DNA from: Priapulus caudatus
Taxonomy: Eukaryota
Reading direction: 5' to 3'
Length of the DNA: 64,000 bases
Assembly: GCF_000485595.1 (NCBI RefSeq)
Contig: NW_014577068.1
Span: 826,487-890,486, forward strand
Below the pieces are notes generated by a model. That model was not told the origin of the DNA and did no database searches. It worked only from the letters and a program-made list of their open reading frames with translations. Within the stretch, counting starts at the first letter, position 1; each line of letters begins with the position of its first letter. Shown piece after piece: positions 13,865 to 25,187 of the stretch. A program made the position numbers and the translations under genes.

Positions 13865-14561
13865 CAGAACATTTAAACATTTGTTTCAATTTTGCCAACG
13901 ACCAATTATAATTCCTAATCAGTTGATTTTCATGAAAGTGATCATGATTATGAAAAATAAAATAAATTCCTATCTTTCTGTATAAACGTAGTTCTCAACA
14001 GTAAAAGTTGTACCCCTGCACTAAAACTGCGCGCGCCATTTACACCATAACCGTGTTGTGGAGTCTGTTACCCTAATATATTTTTAGTTTACTCACTATC
14101 TACACTCAATCTATACCACAATTCTAATCACATTTTCAGCATTACATATCCTTTGTGACAATATAGTGTGAACATAGATTGCTGAAAGGAGTAATAAGAA
14201 TCTGCCATAGAAGTGTATAACAATATTTGCCATGAGGATGTCTAAAATAGCTTAGTAGTCCTAAGTGTTGAATGGTTAAAAACATAGGTGTGGTGATGGT
14301 TTAAAATGCCATTACATCCATGCCTGGATCTAGCCATAGGTATAACTCGGGGGGGGGGCGTGAGAGACCCATCTAATAACACATGACTCGTATTTGCATT
14401 TATAACATATATAGTAATGAGGTTTCTATAGTCGCACATCAATAAGCATTAACAGTTCGATGATGAAAAAGAAGGTTAATTTCCCAAGTAATGTGTGTGG
14501 TATCCGGCATGTCTAACTAACGTACCTAACAAGAAGCATTATTTTTATGTATTTTGTTTAG

Positions 14562-15214
14562 ATGGCTCTGCATGGACTCATGGCATTAGTCCAGCTATGT
14601 TGGAACCTGCTGATCACATATATGTGTGGAGGTGTGGTTACAGTCACCATGGAATCTGGACTGGTTCAGAAGTGATTCACTATGCACCACCTGAATAGCC
14701 AGTAATATTGGCCTGAAATCTGGAGCAAATGTACGCAAAGACCCCCTGGATCGATTCCGTACAGAACGGGCTCTTAAGAAGTACCTATATGGCGTGTCTC
14801 CGAAGCCGAGTGGTTTTTGAAAGTTTCGTTGCGCACGTGTTCAGTTAAGGAAAAGTTGCCAGCTGAATTGTGTTCTGAAAAGAGCAGAGGATATGAGTTG
14901 GACAAAGCAGTTATGACTTTGTGGAAAATAACGTGAACACTTTGCACTGTGGTTGCAACTAGGACATCGGGCTATTGATGTCCCCAACCAAGCATCTTCA
15001 ACTGCTATTAAATGTTGTGTTCAGCACTCGCCCACACCTGGGTGCGTAAGCATTGCTTTAGTGCTGCTCATGTGTACTAGATGATTGATAACACCCAGCT
15101 ACTCAATAATACATTAAAGTTCCTTGTTACTTTGAGCACCGATATACATTACGAAACAAACCATGGGTGAGCTACAGTATTCGCAAGCTTCTGATAGAAC
15201 TGAATCGTATATAA
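14562..15214 (+). pseudogene. Frameshifted copy of the LRAT/NC-domain gene (pseudogene or sequencing-error copy)
   Basis: Co-linear with 17737-18372 but with many 1-2-bp indels; frame lost after VIHYAPP. Confidence 0.7.
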
Positions 15215-16474
15215 GCCTGAATGTTGTCAGTAAACAATATCTGGTATTCTTGCTCTTAGGAATGTAGACTGGGTTCTAGTGTATTATTTGCACGCTCTAA
15301 AATAATGAACTATTCTCTACAAACGTGTACTGCAAAACATGCCATGCCTGCCGACTACTAACAACAACCACTATAATAACCGATAAATAGCTTTATTATG
15401 AAAAAAATACTGCCACAAGAGGTACAGTGAATATAATATATATTATATATTAGTGCTTATTTATGTTTATATAGAATATTGATAGACTCCTGATTATATG
15501 TATATATATATATATATACACATATACACATATACAGATATATATGTGTATGTGCGTGCGTGCGTGTGTGCGTGTGTTGTATGTCCACGCGTTCTGCTTG
15601 GGAATTTGAGAGGGCATGTAGAGAAGTCTGTATATCACTGTAATGTAGCACGGACCACAAGTGTATGTGTATTAGACCACGTGTAAATAACTGGTGCTTG
15701 TCATATTTCTGATTGTATCTATCCTGGGTGGTTATCTAAAATCTTGAATTTAAAAATTATTGTAATTGAATGTATACATGAATAATGCCCCAAATAAATA
15801 TAATCATAAATCAATAAAATACTACCAGTGCAATTTAAAAGTGCTAGCTTAAGCAAGTGGCATTTTTTTATAATTAAAAAAACAGTCATTATTTGCCTTG
15901 TAAAGCAGAAGTGCTTTGTATATTCTATTTGATATTGAGAGTCTATCTAGAGCTCACAGTACTGATTGCTATATACTAAGTTAGTATATAGAGATCAGTG
16001 GGTTGCACAGATATCGTCAGTAGAGCCAAGAGCAAATGTGAATCGCATCTATGTCCAATGGATAACATTTAATTATTATAAGAAAAAGTCACCATGTCAT
16101 TTGTTTTGCATATTCTCATGCATATATGCTTATTCTCATTCTCATGCGTATTCTCATGCGTATTCTCATGCGTTCTGCGTACGTATTCCTCATGCACCAG
16201 CAAGGAAAGATGGAGTGCCCTTCATCTGTCCAACCTGTATCAAATGAATCAAATAGCATTTTCTTAAAAATAATATTTTAATTTAGAGAGCACCTACCCG
16301 CCCTTATCCTCAAAAATCATTAAGTGACCAGTTATCACAAGTTTTCCTGTAGCTTAGTGGGATACCATGCCTTTACAAACTAAGCCAATTTGCAATTGCA
16401 ATTTTCCCCTAGTGTATTTAATAAAACGGAGACAAACAATGTTAATTAACAGAATAACATGAGAATCATTAAGA

Positions 16475-16660
16475 GAGCCTCCGTGGCCCAGTGGGCCTCG
16501 TACACTGTGCACTGAAGGCTGTGAGTTCAAACCCCGGAGACTGAATCTCCCGTGGCTCGGATGACCACGTAAAATGGCAGTAAAAGAACCACTGAGGGCG
16601 CAAAAAAACTCTTGCTGTCACCACCCTCAGTGCCTTTCGGCTAAAAAAGGCTAAACTACC
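16475..16660 (+). mobile_element. tRNA-derived SINE (copies ~21765-22000 and ~24930-25152)
   Basis: A-box-like GTGGCCCAGTGG and B-box-like GAGTTCAAACCC; non-tRNA body follows; lies in the duplicated unit. Confidence 0.6.
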
Positions 16661-17736
16661 TAGCTTTACCCAAGCTAGGTCACACATCATGGCTAGCTAT
16701 AGCCCAAGCTATGGTAATCAAGCAACAAGATTTCTCTGCGGCCGTCTCAGCTAATAGTCGGTTTGCCGGCCCTATATCTCCTATATGTTGACCCTGCAAT
16801 GTTAATTACTTTGAACTTTTTTCATGGAAATGTGTTCTATATAGTTAGGAGAGCTGATTTAGCTTGGTTGCTACCTGTGCAACGTTGAGCATTTCTTGGA
16901 ATTCAAGATGGCCGCCGCCGTCGTTTTTGTATTTTGGTCAATTTACAATTTGTNNNNNNNNNNCCACCTACGAGCTTTGCGTACGTACTTCGTAGAAACT
17001 CGGTGTACGCAATACACTTTACGCAACGTTGATGAATCCGGCCCCAGAACATTTAAACATTTGTTTCAATTTTTGCCAACGACCAATTATAATTCCTAAT
17101 CAGTTGATTTTCATGAAAGTGATCATGATTTATGAAAATAAAATAAATTCCTATCTTTCGTGTATAAACGTAGTTCTCAACAGTAAAGTTGTACCCCTGC
17201 ACTAACATGCGCGCAGCCATTTACACCCATAACCGTGTTGTGGAGTCTGTTACCCTAATATATTTTAGTTTACTCACTATCTACACTCAATCTATACTCA
17301 CAATCTAATCACATTTTCAGCATTACATATCCTTTGTGACAATATAGTGTGAACATAGATTGCTGAAAGGAGTAATAAGAATCTGCCATAGAAGTGTATA
17401 ACAATATTTGCCATGGGGATGTCTAAATAGCTTAGTAGTCCTAAGTGTTGAATGGTTAAAACATAGGTGTGGTGATGGTTTAAAATGCCATTACATCCAT
17501 GCCTGGATCTAGCCATAGGTATAACTCGGGGGGGGGGGTGAGAGACCCATCTATAACACATGACTCGTATTTGCATTTATAACATATATAGTAATGAGGT
17601 TTCTATAGTCGCACATCAATAAGCATAACAGTTCGATGATGAAAAAGAAGGTTAATTTCACCAAAGTAATGTGTGTGTGTATCCGGCATGTCTAACTAAG
17701 TACCTAACAAGAAGCATTATTTTATGTATTTTGTAG

Positions 17737-18372
17737 ATGGCTCTGGCATGGACTCATGGCATTAGTCCAGCTATGTTGGAACCTGCTGATCACATATATG
17801 TGTGGAGGTGTGGTTACAGTCACCATGGAATCTGGACTGGTTCAGAAGTGATTCACTATGCACCACCCAATAGCAGTAATATTGGCCTGAAATCTGGAGC
17901 AAATGTACGCAAAGACCCCCTGGATCGATTCCTACAGAACGGAGCTCTTAAGAAGTACCTATATGGTGTTTTCGAAGCCGAGTGGTTTTTGAAAGTTCGT
18001 GGCACGTGTTCAGTTAAGGAAAGTTGTCCAGCTGAATTGGTTCTGAAAAGAGCAGAGGATATGATTGGACAAAGCAGTTATGACTTTGTGGAAAATAACT
18101 GTGAACACTTTGCACTGTGGTGCAAACTAGGACATCGGGCTATTGATGTCCCCAACCAAGCATCTTCAACTGTATTAAATATTGTTTCAGCACTCGCCAC
18201 ACCTGTGCGTAGCATTGCTTTAGTGTTGCTCAGTGTACTAGATGATGATAACACCCAGCTACTCAATAATACATTAAAGTTCCTTGTTACTTTTGAGCAC
18301 CGATATACATTACGAAACAAACCATGTGAGCTACAGTATTCGCAAGCTTCTGATAAACTGAATCGTATATAA
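17737..18372 (+). CDS. LRAT / NC-domain (permuted NlpC/P60) phospholipase-acyltransferase-like protein
   Basis: 211-aa ORF with H-box DHIYVWRCGYSHHGIW, second His in VIHY, catalytic NNCEHFALWCKLG and a hydrophobic C-terminal stretch; ATG directly follows a splice-acceptor-like TATTTTGTAG; true C-terminus uncertain. Confidence 0.88.
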   Translation: MALAWTHGISPAMLEPADHIYVWRCGYSHHGIWTGSEVIHYAPPNSSNIGLKSGANVRKDPLDRFLQNGALKKYLYGVFEAEWFLKVRGTCSVKESCPAELVLKRAEDMIGQSSYDFVENNCEHFALWCKLGHRAIDVPNQASSTVLNIVSALATPVRSIALVLLSVLDDDNTQLLNNTLKFLVTFEHRYTLRNKPCELQYSQASDKLNRI

Positions 18373-19810
18373 GCTGAATGTGTCAGTAAACAATATCTGT
18401 ATTCTTGCTTAGGGAATGTAGACTGGGTTCTTAGTGTATTATTTGGCACGCTCTAAAATAATGAACTATTCTCTACAAACGTTACTGCAAACATGCCATG
18501 CCGACTACTAACAACAACACTATAATAACCGATAAATAGCTTTATTATGAATAAATACTGCCACAAGAGGTACAGTGAATATAATATATATTATATATTA
18601 GTGCTTATTTATGTTTATATTATATGCACGCCACGTGACTGTGCCACACGCACGCCACGCACACGTGCACAAGCACGCCACGCACGTGTACGGTGCACAC
18701 ACGCACGCACATCACGCACACGACGCACGCCGCGCCCGTGTACGTAACACACGCCACGACACGCACTGCGTGTACGTACGCACGAAGCGCACTGTACGGC
18801 ACACACGTACGTGCCAGCATGCACATGCACGCACGCCACGTGTACGCTAGCACACGCTCCGCACGCAACGTGTACGTGCTACACGCACGCCACGCACGTG
18901 TACTGCACACGCCACGCACGCCACGTGTACGTGTCGCATGGCTTCATGCATGTGCTTGAATGCATCATACAAACGAAAATGCAGGGACACTATCGACTAA
19001 TGATGAATCCACCTACGACCTTTTGCGTACGCAATACACTTTTACGCAACGTTGATGAATCCGCCCCAGAACATCTTAAACATTTGTTCAATCTTTTTTT
19101 AGCCAACTGACCAATTATAATTCCTAATCAGTTGATTTTCATTGAAAGTGCAATCATGATTTATGACAAAATAAAATAAATCCTGATCTTTTCGTGTATA
19201 AACGTAGCTCTTCAACAGTAAAGTTGTACCCCTGCACTAACAGAGCGCGCGCCCATTTACACCCATAACCGCTGTTGTGGAGTCTGTTACCCTAATATAT
19301 ATTTAGTTTACTCCATATCTACACTCAATCTATACTCACAATTCTAATCACAATTTTTCAGCATTACATATCCTTTGTGACAATAGATAGCTGCTGAACA
19401 TAGATTGCCTAAAGGCAGTGAATACAGAATCTGCCATAGAAGTGTAAACATATTTGCCATGGGGATGTACTAAAATAGCTTATTGTATTTTTTTCCTAGT
19501 CCTAAGTGCTTGAATGGCTTTAAAACATAGTGTGGTGATGCCGTTTAAAATGGCCCATTACATCCATGCCCTGGATCTAGCCATAGTATAACTCGCCGGG
19601 GGGCGGGGTGTAGAGACCCATCTATAAACACATGACTCGTATTTGCATTTATAACATATATAAGTAATGAGGTTTCTATAGTCGCACATCAATAAGCATA
19701 ACAGTTCGATGATGCGAAAAGAAGCGTTAACTTCACCAAGTAACTGTTGGTTATCCGCATGTCTAACTAACGTACCTAACAGAGAAGCATTATTTATGTT
19801 ATTTGTGTAG

Positions 19811-20475
19811 ATGCGCTCTTTGCCATGGACTCATTTGCGCATTAGTCCAGCCTATGTTGAACCTGCCTGATCACATATATGTGGGACAGGTGTCGTTACA
19901 GCACCATGGAATCTGGACTGCGTCAGAAGTGATTCACTATGACCCACCTAATAGCGGAATATTGGCCTGAAATCTGGAGCTAAATGTACGCAAAGACCCC
20001 TGGATGCGATTCTGCAGGGCAGACGGAGCTCTTAAGAAGTACCTATATGGTGTCTCCGAAGCGAGTGGTTTTGAACGTTCGTGCGCACGTAGGTTCAGTT
20101 AAGAGAAGTTGCCAGCTGAATTGCGTTTCATGAAAAGAGCAGAGGATATGATTGGACAAAGCAGTTATGGACTTTGTGGAAATAACTCTGTGAACACTTT
20201 GACCTGTGGTGCACAACTACGGACATCGGCGCTATTTGATGTCCCCATACCAAGCATACTCAAAACTGCAGTATTAATATTGTGTTCAGCACTCGCCACA
20301 CCTGTGCGGTAGCAATTGCTTTAGTGTTGCCTCAGTGTACTAGATTGATGATAAACACCCAGCTTACTCAAATAATACTATTAAGTTCCTTGTTACTTTT
20401 GACCACGATATACATTACGAAACAGACCATGGTGAGCTACAGTATTCGCAAGCTTCTGATAAACGATCGATATAA
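19811..20475 (+). pseudogene. Heavily indel-damaged third copy of the LRAT/NC-domain gene
   Basis: Co-linear with 17737-18372; fragment KRAEDMIGQSSY retained; dense small insertions typical of raw long reads. Confidence 0.65.
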
Positions 20476-22261
20476 GCCTGAATGTGCTCAGTAAACAATA
20501 CTCATGTATTTTGCTTACGGAATGTAAGACTGGCCGTTTCTTAGTGTGATTATTTGGCACGCTCTAAAAATAATGAACTATGTCTCTACAAACGTGTACT
20601 GCAAACATGCCATGCCGACTACTAACAACAACACTATTAATAACCGATAAATAGCCTTTATTATGAAAAATAATATGCCACAAGAGCGCTACAGGGAATA
20701 TAATATATATTATATATTAGGTGCTTGTTTATGTTTATATACGAATACTGCCAAGTAGACCTCCTGATTATAGTAATATATTATATTATATACACATTTA
20801 CACATATACAGTATATATGTGTATGGGTGCGTGCGCGCTGCGTGTGGCGCTGTGTTGTTATGTCCACGCGTTCGGCTTGGGAATTTAGAGAGGGCATGTA
20901 CGAGAATCTGTATATTCCTGTAATGCTAGCACGGGACCACAAGTTGTATGCTGTATAGGACCACGTAGTAAATAACTGCGCTGCTTAGTCATATTTCTGA
21001 TTGTATTTATCCTGCGTGCGTTATCTAAAATCTTGAGAATTAAAATTATTGTAATTGAATGTATAACATAGAATAACGCTCCCAAATAAAGATAATCATA
21101 AATAAATAAAAACTACCAGTGCCAATTTAAAAGTGCTAGCTTAAGCAACAGTGGCAGTTTTTTATAATAAACAAAACAGTCATTATTAAATGCCGTAGTA
21201 TAAGCCAGAAGTGCTTTGTGATATTCTATTTGCATATTGAGAGTATCTAGAGCTCACAGTACTGATTGCCATAATTACTAAGTTAGTTTAGAGATCAGTG
21301 GGGCTTGCCACAGATATCGTCAGTAGAGCCAAGCAGCCAAATGTGAATCGCATCTATGTCCAATGGATAACATTATTATAGAAAAAGTCACCATGTCATT
21401 GGTTTTGCATATTCTCATGCCATATATGCTTATTCTCATTCGCATTGCGTATTCTCATGCGCTGTTGGTACGTATTCTTCATGCACCAGCAAGAAGATGG
21501 AGTGCCCTTCATCTGCTCCAACCTGTATCAAATGAATCAAATAGCATTTTCTTAAAAATAATATTTTAATGTATCGAGAGCACCTACCCGCCTTATCCTC
21601 GCAAAAATCATTAAGTGACCAGTTATCACAAGTTTTCCTGTAGCTTAGTGGTGATACCATGCCTTTACAAACTAAGCCAATTTGCAATTGCAATTTTCCC
21701 TAGTGTATTTAATAAAACGGAGACAAACAATGTTACATTAACAGAATAACATGGATCATTAAGAGAGCCTCCGTGGCCAGTGGGCGCTCGTTCACTGTGC
21801 ACTGAAGGCTGTGAGTTCAAAACCCCGGCCCGCGGGCAGTGATTTTCTCAAGGTGTAAAAACCTGGCTCTCAACATTGGAGACTGAATCTCCCGTGCTGG
21901 AATGACCACGTAAAATGGCAGTAAAAGAACCACTGCAGGGCGCAAAACAACTCCTGCTTGACCACCCTCAGTGCCTTTCGGCTAAAAAGGCTAAACTACC
22001 TAAGCTTTACCCAAAGCTAGTTCATCACATCATGGCCTAGGCATAGCCCAAGCTATGGCCTAATCAAGCAACAGATTTCTCTGCGTCCGTCTCAAGCATA
22101 AGCTGTGCGTCCGATCAACAGGACTTCTTGCCAAGGGACGGCGTATCCCGTGCGCCATGTAGCGTCGTCATCGTAGGCGTAGCCTCGCAGTTTAATATAC
22201 ATATATATAATTTATATATATATATATTCTGTGTAATGCCCGTTTCGGGCTCTCTTAGGCA

Positions 22262-22305
<44 letters not shown>

Positions 22306-23121
22306 GAGGATCATTATGAATTTCACTATTCCAATTTTTAGATGGAAAAAATTGAAACACCAAACGATCGGCCCCCGGTGGGATTCCAACGAGTATAGGC
22401 CTACTCTCATTCTCTTTTAACAAAACATCTATTATACTAGGGCTCCACCGACTGAGCCGATTTGTAAGGGAAATTTTTTCCTAGAATATTTAAGAAAAAT
22501 ACATATATGTGAATGTAGACAAATAATAAGTAACAGAATAGCATTAGGGAACATTAGAAATTGAAATATTAAATAAATAAAATAGACGTAATAAGATTGT
22601 ACCAGTCCTCTGCCGCCTTTAACAACCATCTATGATACTATAACTCTACGACTGAGCCTATTTGCAATTGCAACTATCACCCTAGAGTATTTAATAAAAT
22701 ACAGATATATAAGTGAAGACAAACTATATTAAATATCAGAATAACATTAGAAACATTTAATAATAATAATTTAATATAATTAATAATTAGGAGTTAAAAT
22801 ATTAAATGGCAAAAAAATATAATGTAAAACGATTGTATCTCAATGGGATTCTAACATTTCCTCTCCCTCCTTTTTACTTCTCTATGATACTACACCTCTA
22901 CCGACTATAGCTTGTAAAGACACTCTTCCGTTAAGATAATACAACAATGCTCCAAATTCCATCTACTGCAAGTTTTGCTCAAATTCGCCCATCCAGCTGC
23001 TAATGCCTTTGGCTTTACTCTGGCGGCAAAACCCATCACGGGTGTCGACGGTTGTTATATCGGCATCCCATTATTTCGGGCAAGTATCTCACCTACTGTG
23101 TACATATTACATATATATATA

Positions 23122-23163
<42 letters not shown>

Positions 23164-25187
23164 TATACACACAAANNNNNNNNNNNNNNNNNNNNNNNNN
23201 NNNNNNNNNNNNNNNNNNNNNNNNNNNNNNNNNNNNNNNNNNNNNNNNNNNNNNNNNNNNNNNNNNNNNNNNNNNNNNNNNNNNNNNNNNNNNNNNNNNN
23301 NNNNNNNNNNNNNNNNNNNNNNNNNNNNNNNNNNNNNNNNNNNNNNNNNNNNNNNNNNNNNNNNNNNNNNNNNNNNNNNNNNNNNNNNNNNNNNNNNNNN
23401 NNNNNNNNNNNNNNNNNNNNNNNNNNNNNNNNNNNNNNNNNNNNNNNNNNNNNNNNNNNNNNNNNNNNNNNNNNNNNNNNNNNNNNNNNNNNNNNNNNNN
23501 NNNNNNNNNNNNNNNNNNNNNNNNNNNNNNNNNNNNNNNNNNNNNNNNNNNNNNNNNNNNNNNNNNNNNNNNNNNNNNNNNNNNNNNNNNNNNNNNNNNN
23601 NNNNNNNNNNNNNNNNNNNNNNNNNNNNNNNNNNNNNNNNNNNNNNNNNNNNNNNNNNNNNNNNNNNNNNNNNNNNNNNNNNNNNNNNNNNNNNNNNNNN
23701 NNNNNNNNNNNNNNNNNNNNNNNNNNNNNNNNNNNNNNNNNNNNNNNNNNNNNNNNNNNNNNNNNNNNNNNNNNNNNNNNNNNNNNNNNNNNNNNNNNNN
23801 NNNNNNNNNNNNNNNNNNNNNNNNNNNNNNNNNNNNNNNNNNNNNNNNNNNNNNNNNNNNNNNNNNNNNNNNNNNNNNNNNNNNNNNNNNNNNNNNNNNN
23901 NNNNNNNNNNNNNNNNNNNNNNNNNNNNNNNNNNNNNNNCGAATACTGGCCAATAGACGCTCCTGATTTATATGTATATATATTATATATATACACATAT
24001 TAACATATACAGATATATATGTGTATGTGCGTGCGCGCGTGCGTGTGTGCGTGTGTTGTATGTCCACGCGTTCTGCTTGGGAATTGAGAGGGCATGTAGA
24101 GAAGTCTGTATATCACTGTAATGTAGCACGGACCACAAGTGTATGTGTATTAGACCACGTGTAAATAACTGGTGCTTGTCATATTTCTGATTGTATCTAT
24201 CCTGGGTGGTTATCTAAAATCTTGAAATTAAAAATTATTGTAATTGAATGTATACAATGAATAACCGCCCCAAATAAATATAATCATAAATAAATAAAAA
24301 TACTACCAGTGCAATTTAAAAGTGCTAGCTTAAGCAAGTGGCAGTTTTTTATAATAAAAAAACAGTCATTATTCCGTGTAAAGCAGAAGTGCTTTGTATA
24401 TTCTATTTGATATTGAGAGTATCTAGAGCTCACATTACTGATTGCTATATACTAAGTTAGTATATAGAGATCAGTGGGGTGCACAGATATCGTCAGTAGA
24501 GCCAAGAGCAAATGTGAATCGCATCTATGTGCCAAAGGATAACATTATTATAGAAAAAGTCACCATGTCATTGGTGTGCATATCTCATGCATATATGCTT
24601 ATTCTCATTCGCATGCGTATTCTCATGCGTGTTGCGTACGTATTCTTCATGCACCAGCAAGGAAAGATGGAGTGCCCTTCATCTGTCCAACCTGTATCAA
24701 ATGAATCAAATAGCATTTTCTTAAAAATAATATTTTAATTTAGAGAGCACCTACCCGCCCTTATCCTCAAAAATCATAAAGTGACCAGTTATCACAAGTT
24801 TTCCTGTAGCTTAGTGGATACCATGCCTTTACAAACTAAGCCAATTGCAATTGCAATTTTCCCCTAGTGTATTTAATAAAACGGAGACAAACAATGTTAA
24901 TTAACAGAATAACATGAGGATCATTAAGAGAGCCTCCGTGGCCCAGTGGGCCTCGTACACTGTGCACTGAAGCTGTGAGTTCAAACCCCGGCCGGGGCAG
25001 TGATTTTCTCAAGGTGTAAAAAACCTGGCTCTCAACATTGGAGACTGAATCTCCCGTGTCGGATGACCACGCAAAATGCGCAGTAAAAGAACCACTGAGG
25101 GCGCAAAACAACTCCTGCTGTGACCACCCTCAGTGCCTTTCGGCTAAAAAGGTATATATCTGTATATATATAATATAGTAATACATT

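Larger units (their letters stand above)
13806..25152 (+). repeat. Tandem segmental duplication of a ~3-kb unit (copies ~13806-16790, 16944-18620, 18625-22110, 23940-25152)
   Basis: Same MITE end, intron-like flank, LRAT ORF, 3' flank and SINE recur in the same order; junctions coincide with N gaps or abrupt quality changes. Confidence 0.85.

Noticed and set aside
13328..13876. Cys/His/Arg-rich ORFs (also 18600-19100, 29725-30650, 59178-59657)
   Set aside because: Six-frame read-through of (GCAC/GCGT/TG)n microsatellites
16475..16545. tRNA gene
   Set aside because: Only A/B boxes; no convincing cloverleaf, and it continues into a SINE-like body
22230..22262. Hammerhead ribozyme / Penelope-like motif (GCCCGTTTCGGGC hairpin)
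   Set aside because: The conserved CUGANGA core is not convincingly present with correct stems
23003..24067. Long ORFs of 300+ aa (also 40006-40469)
   Set aside because: Composed of N-gap X residues
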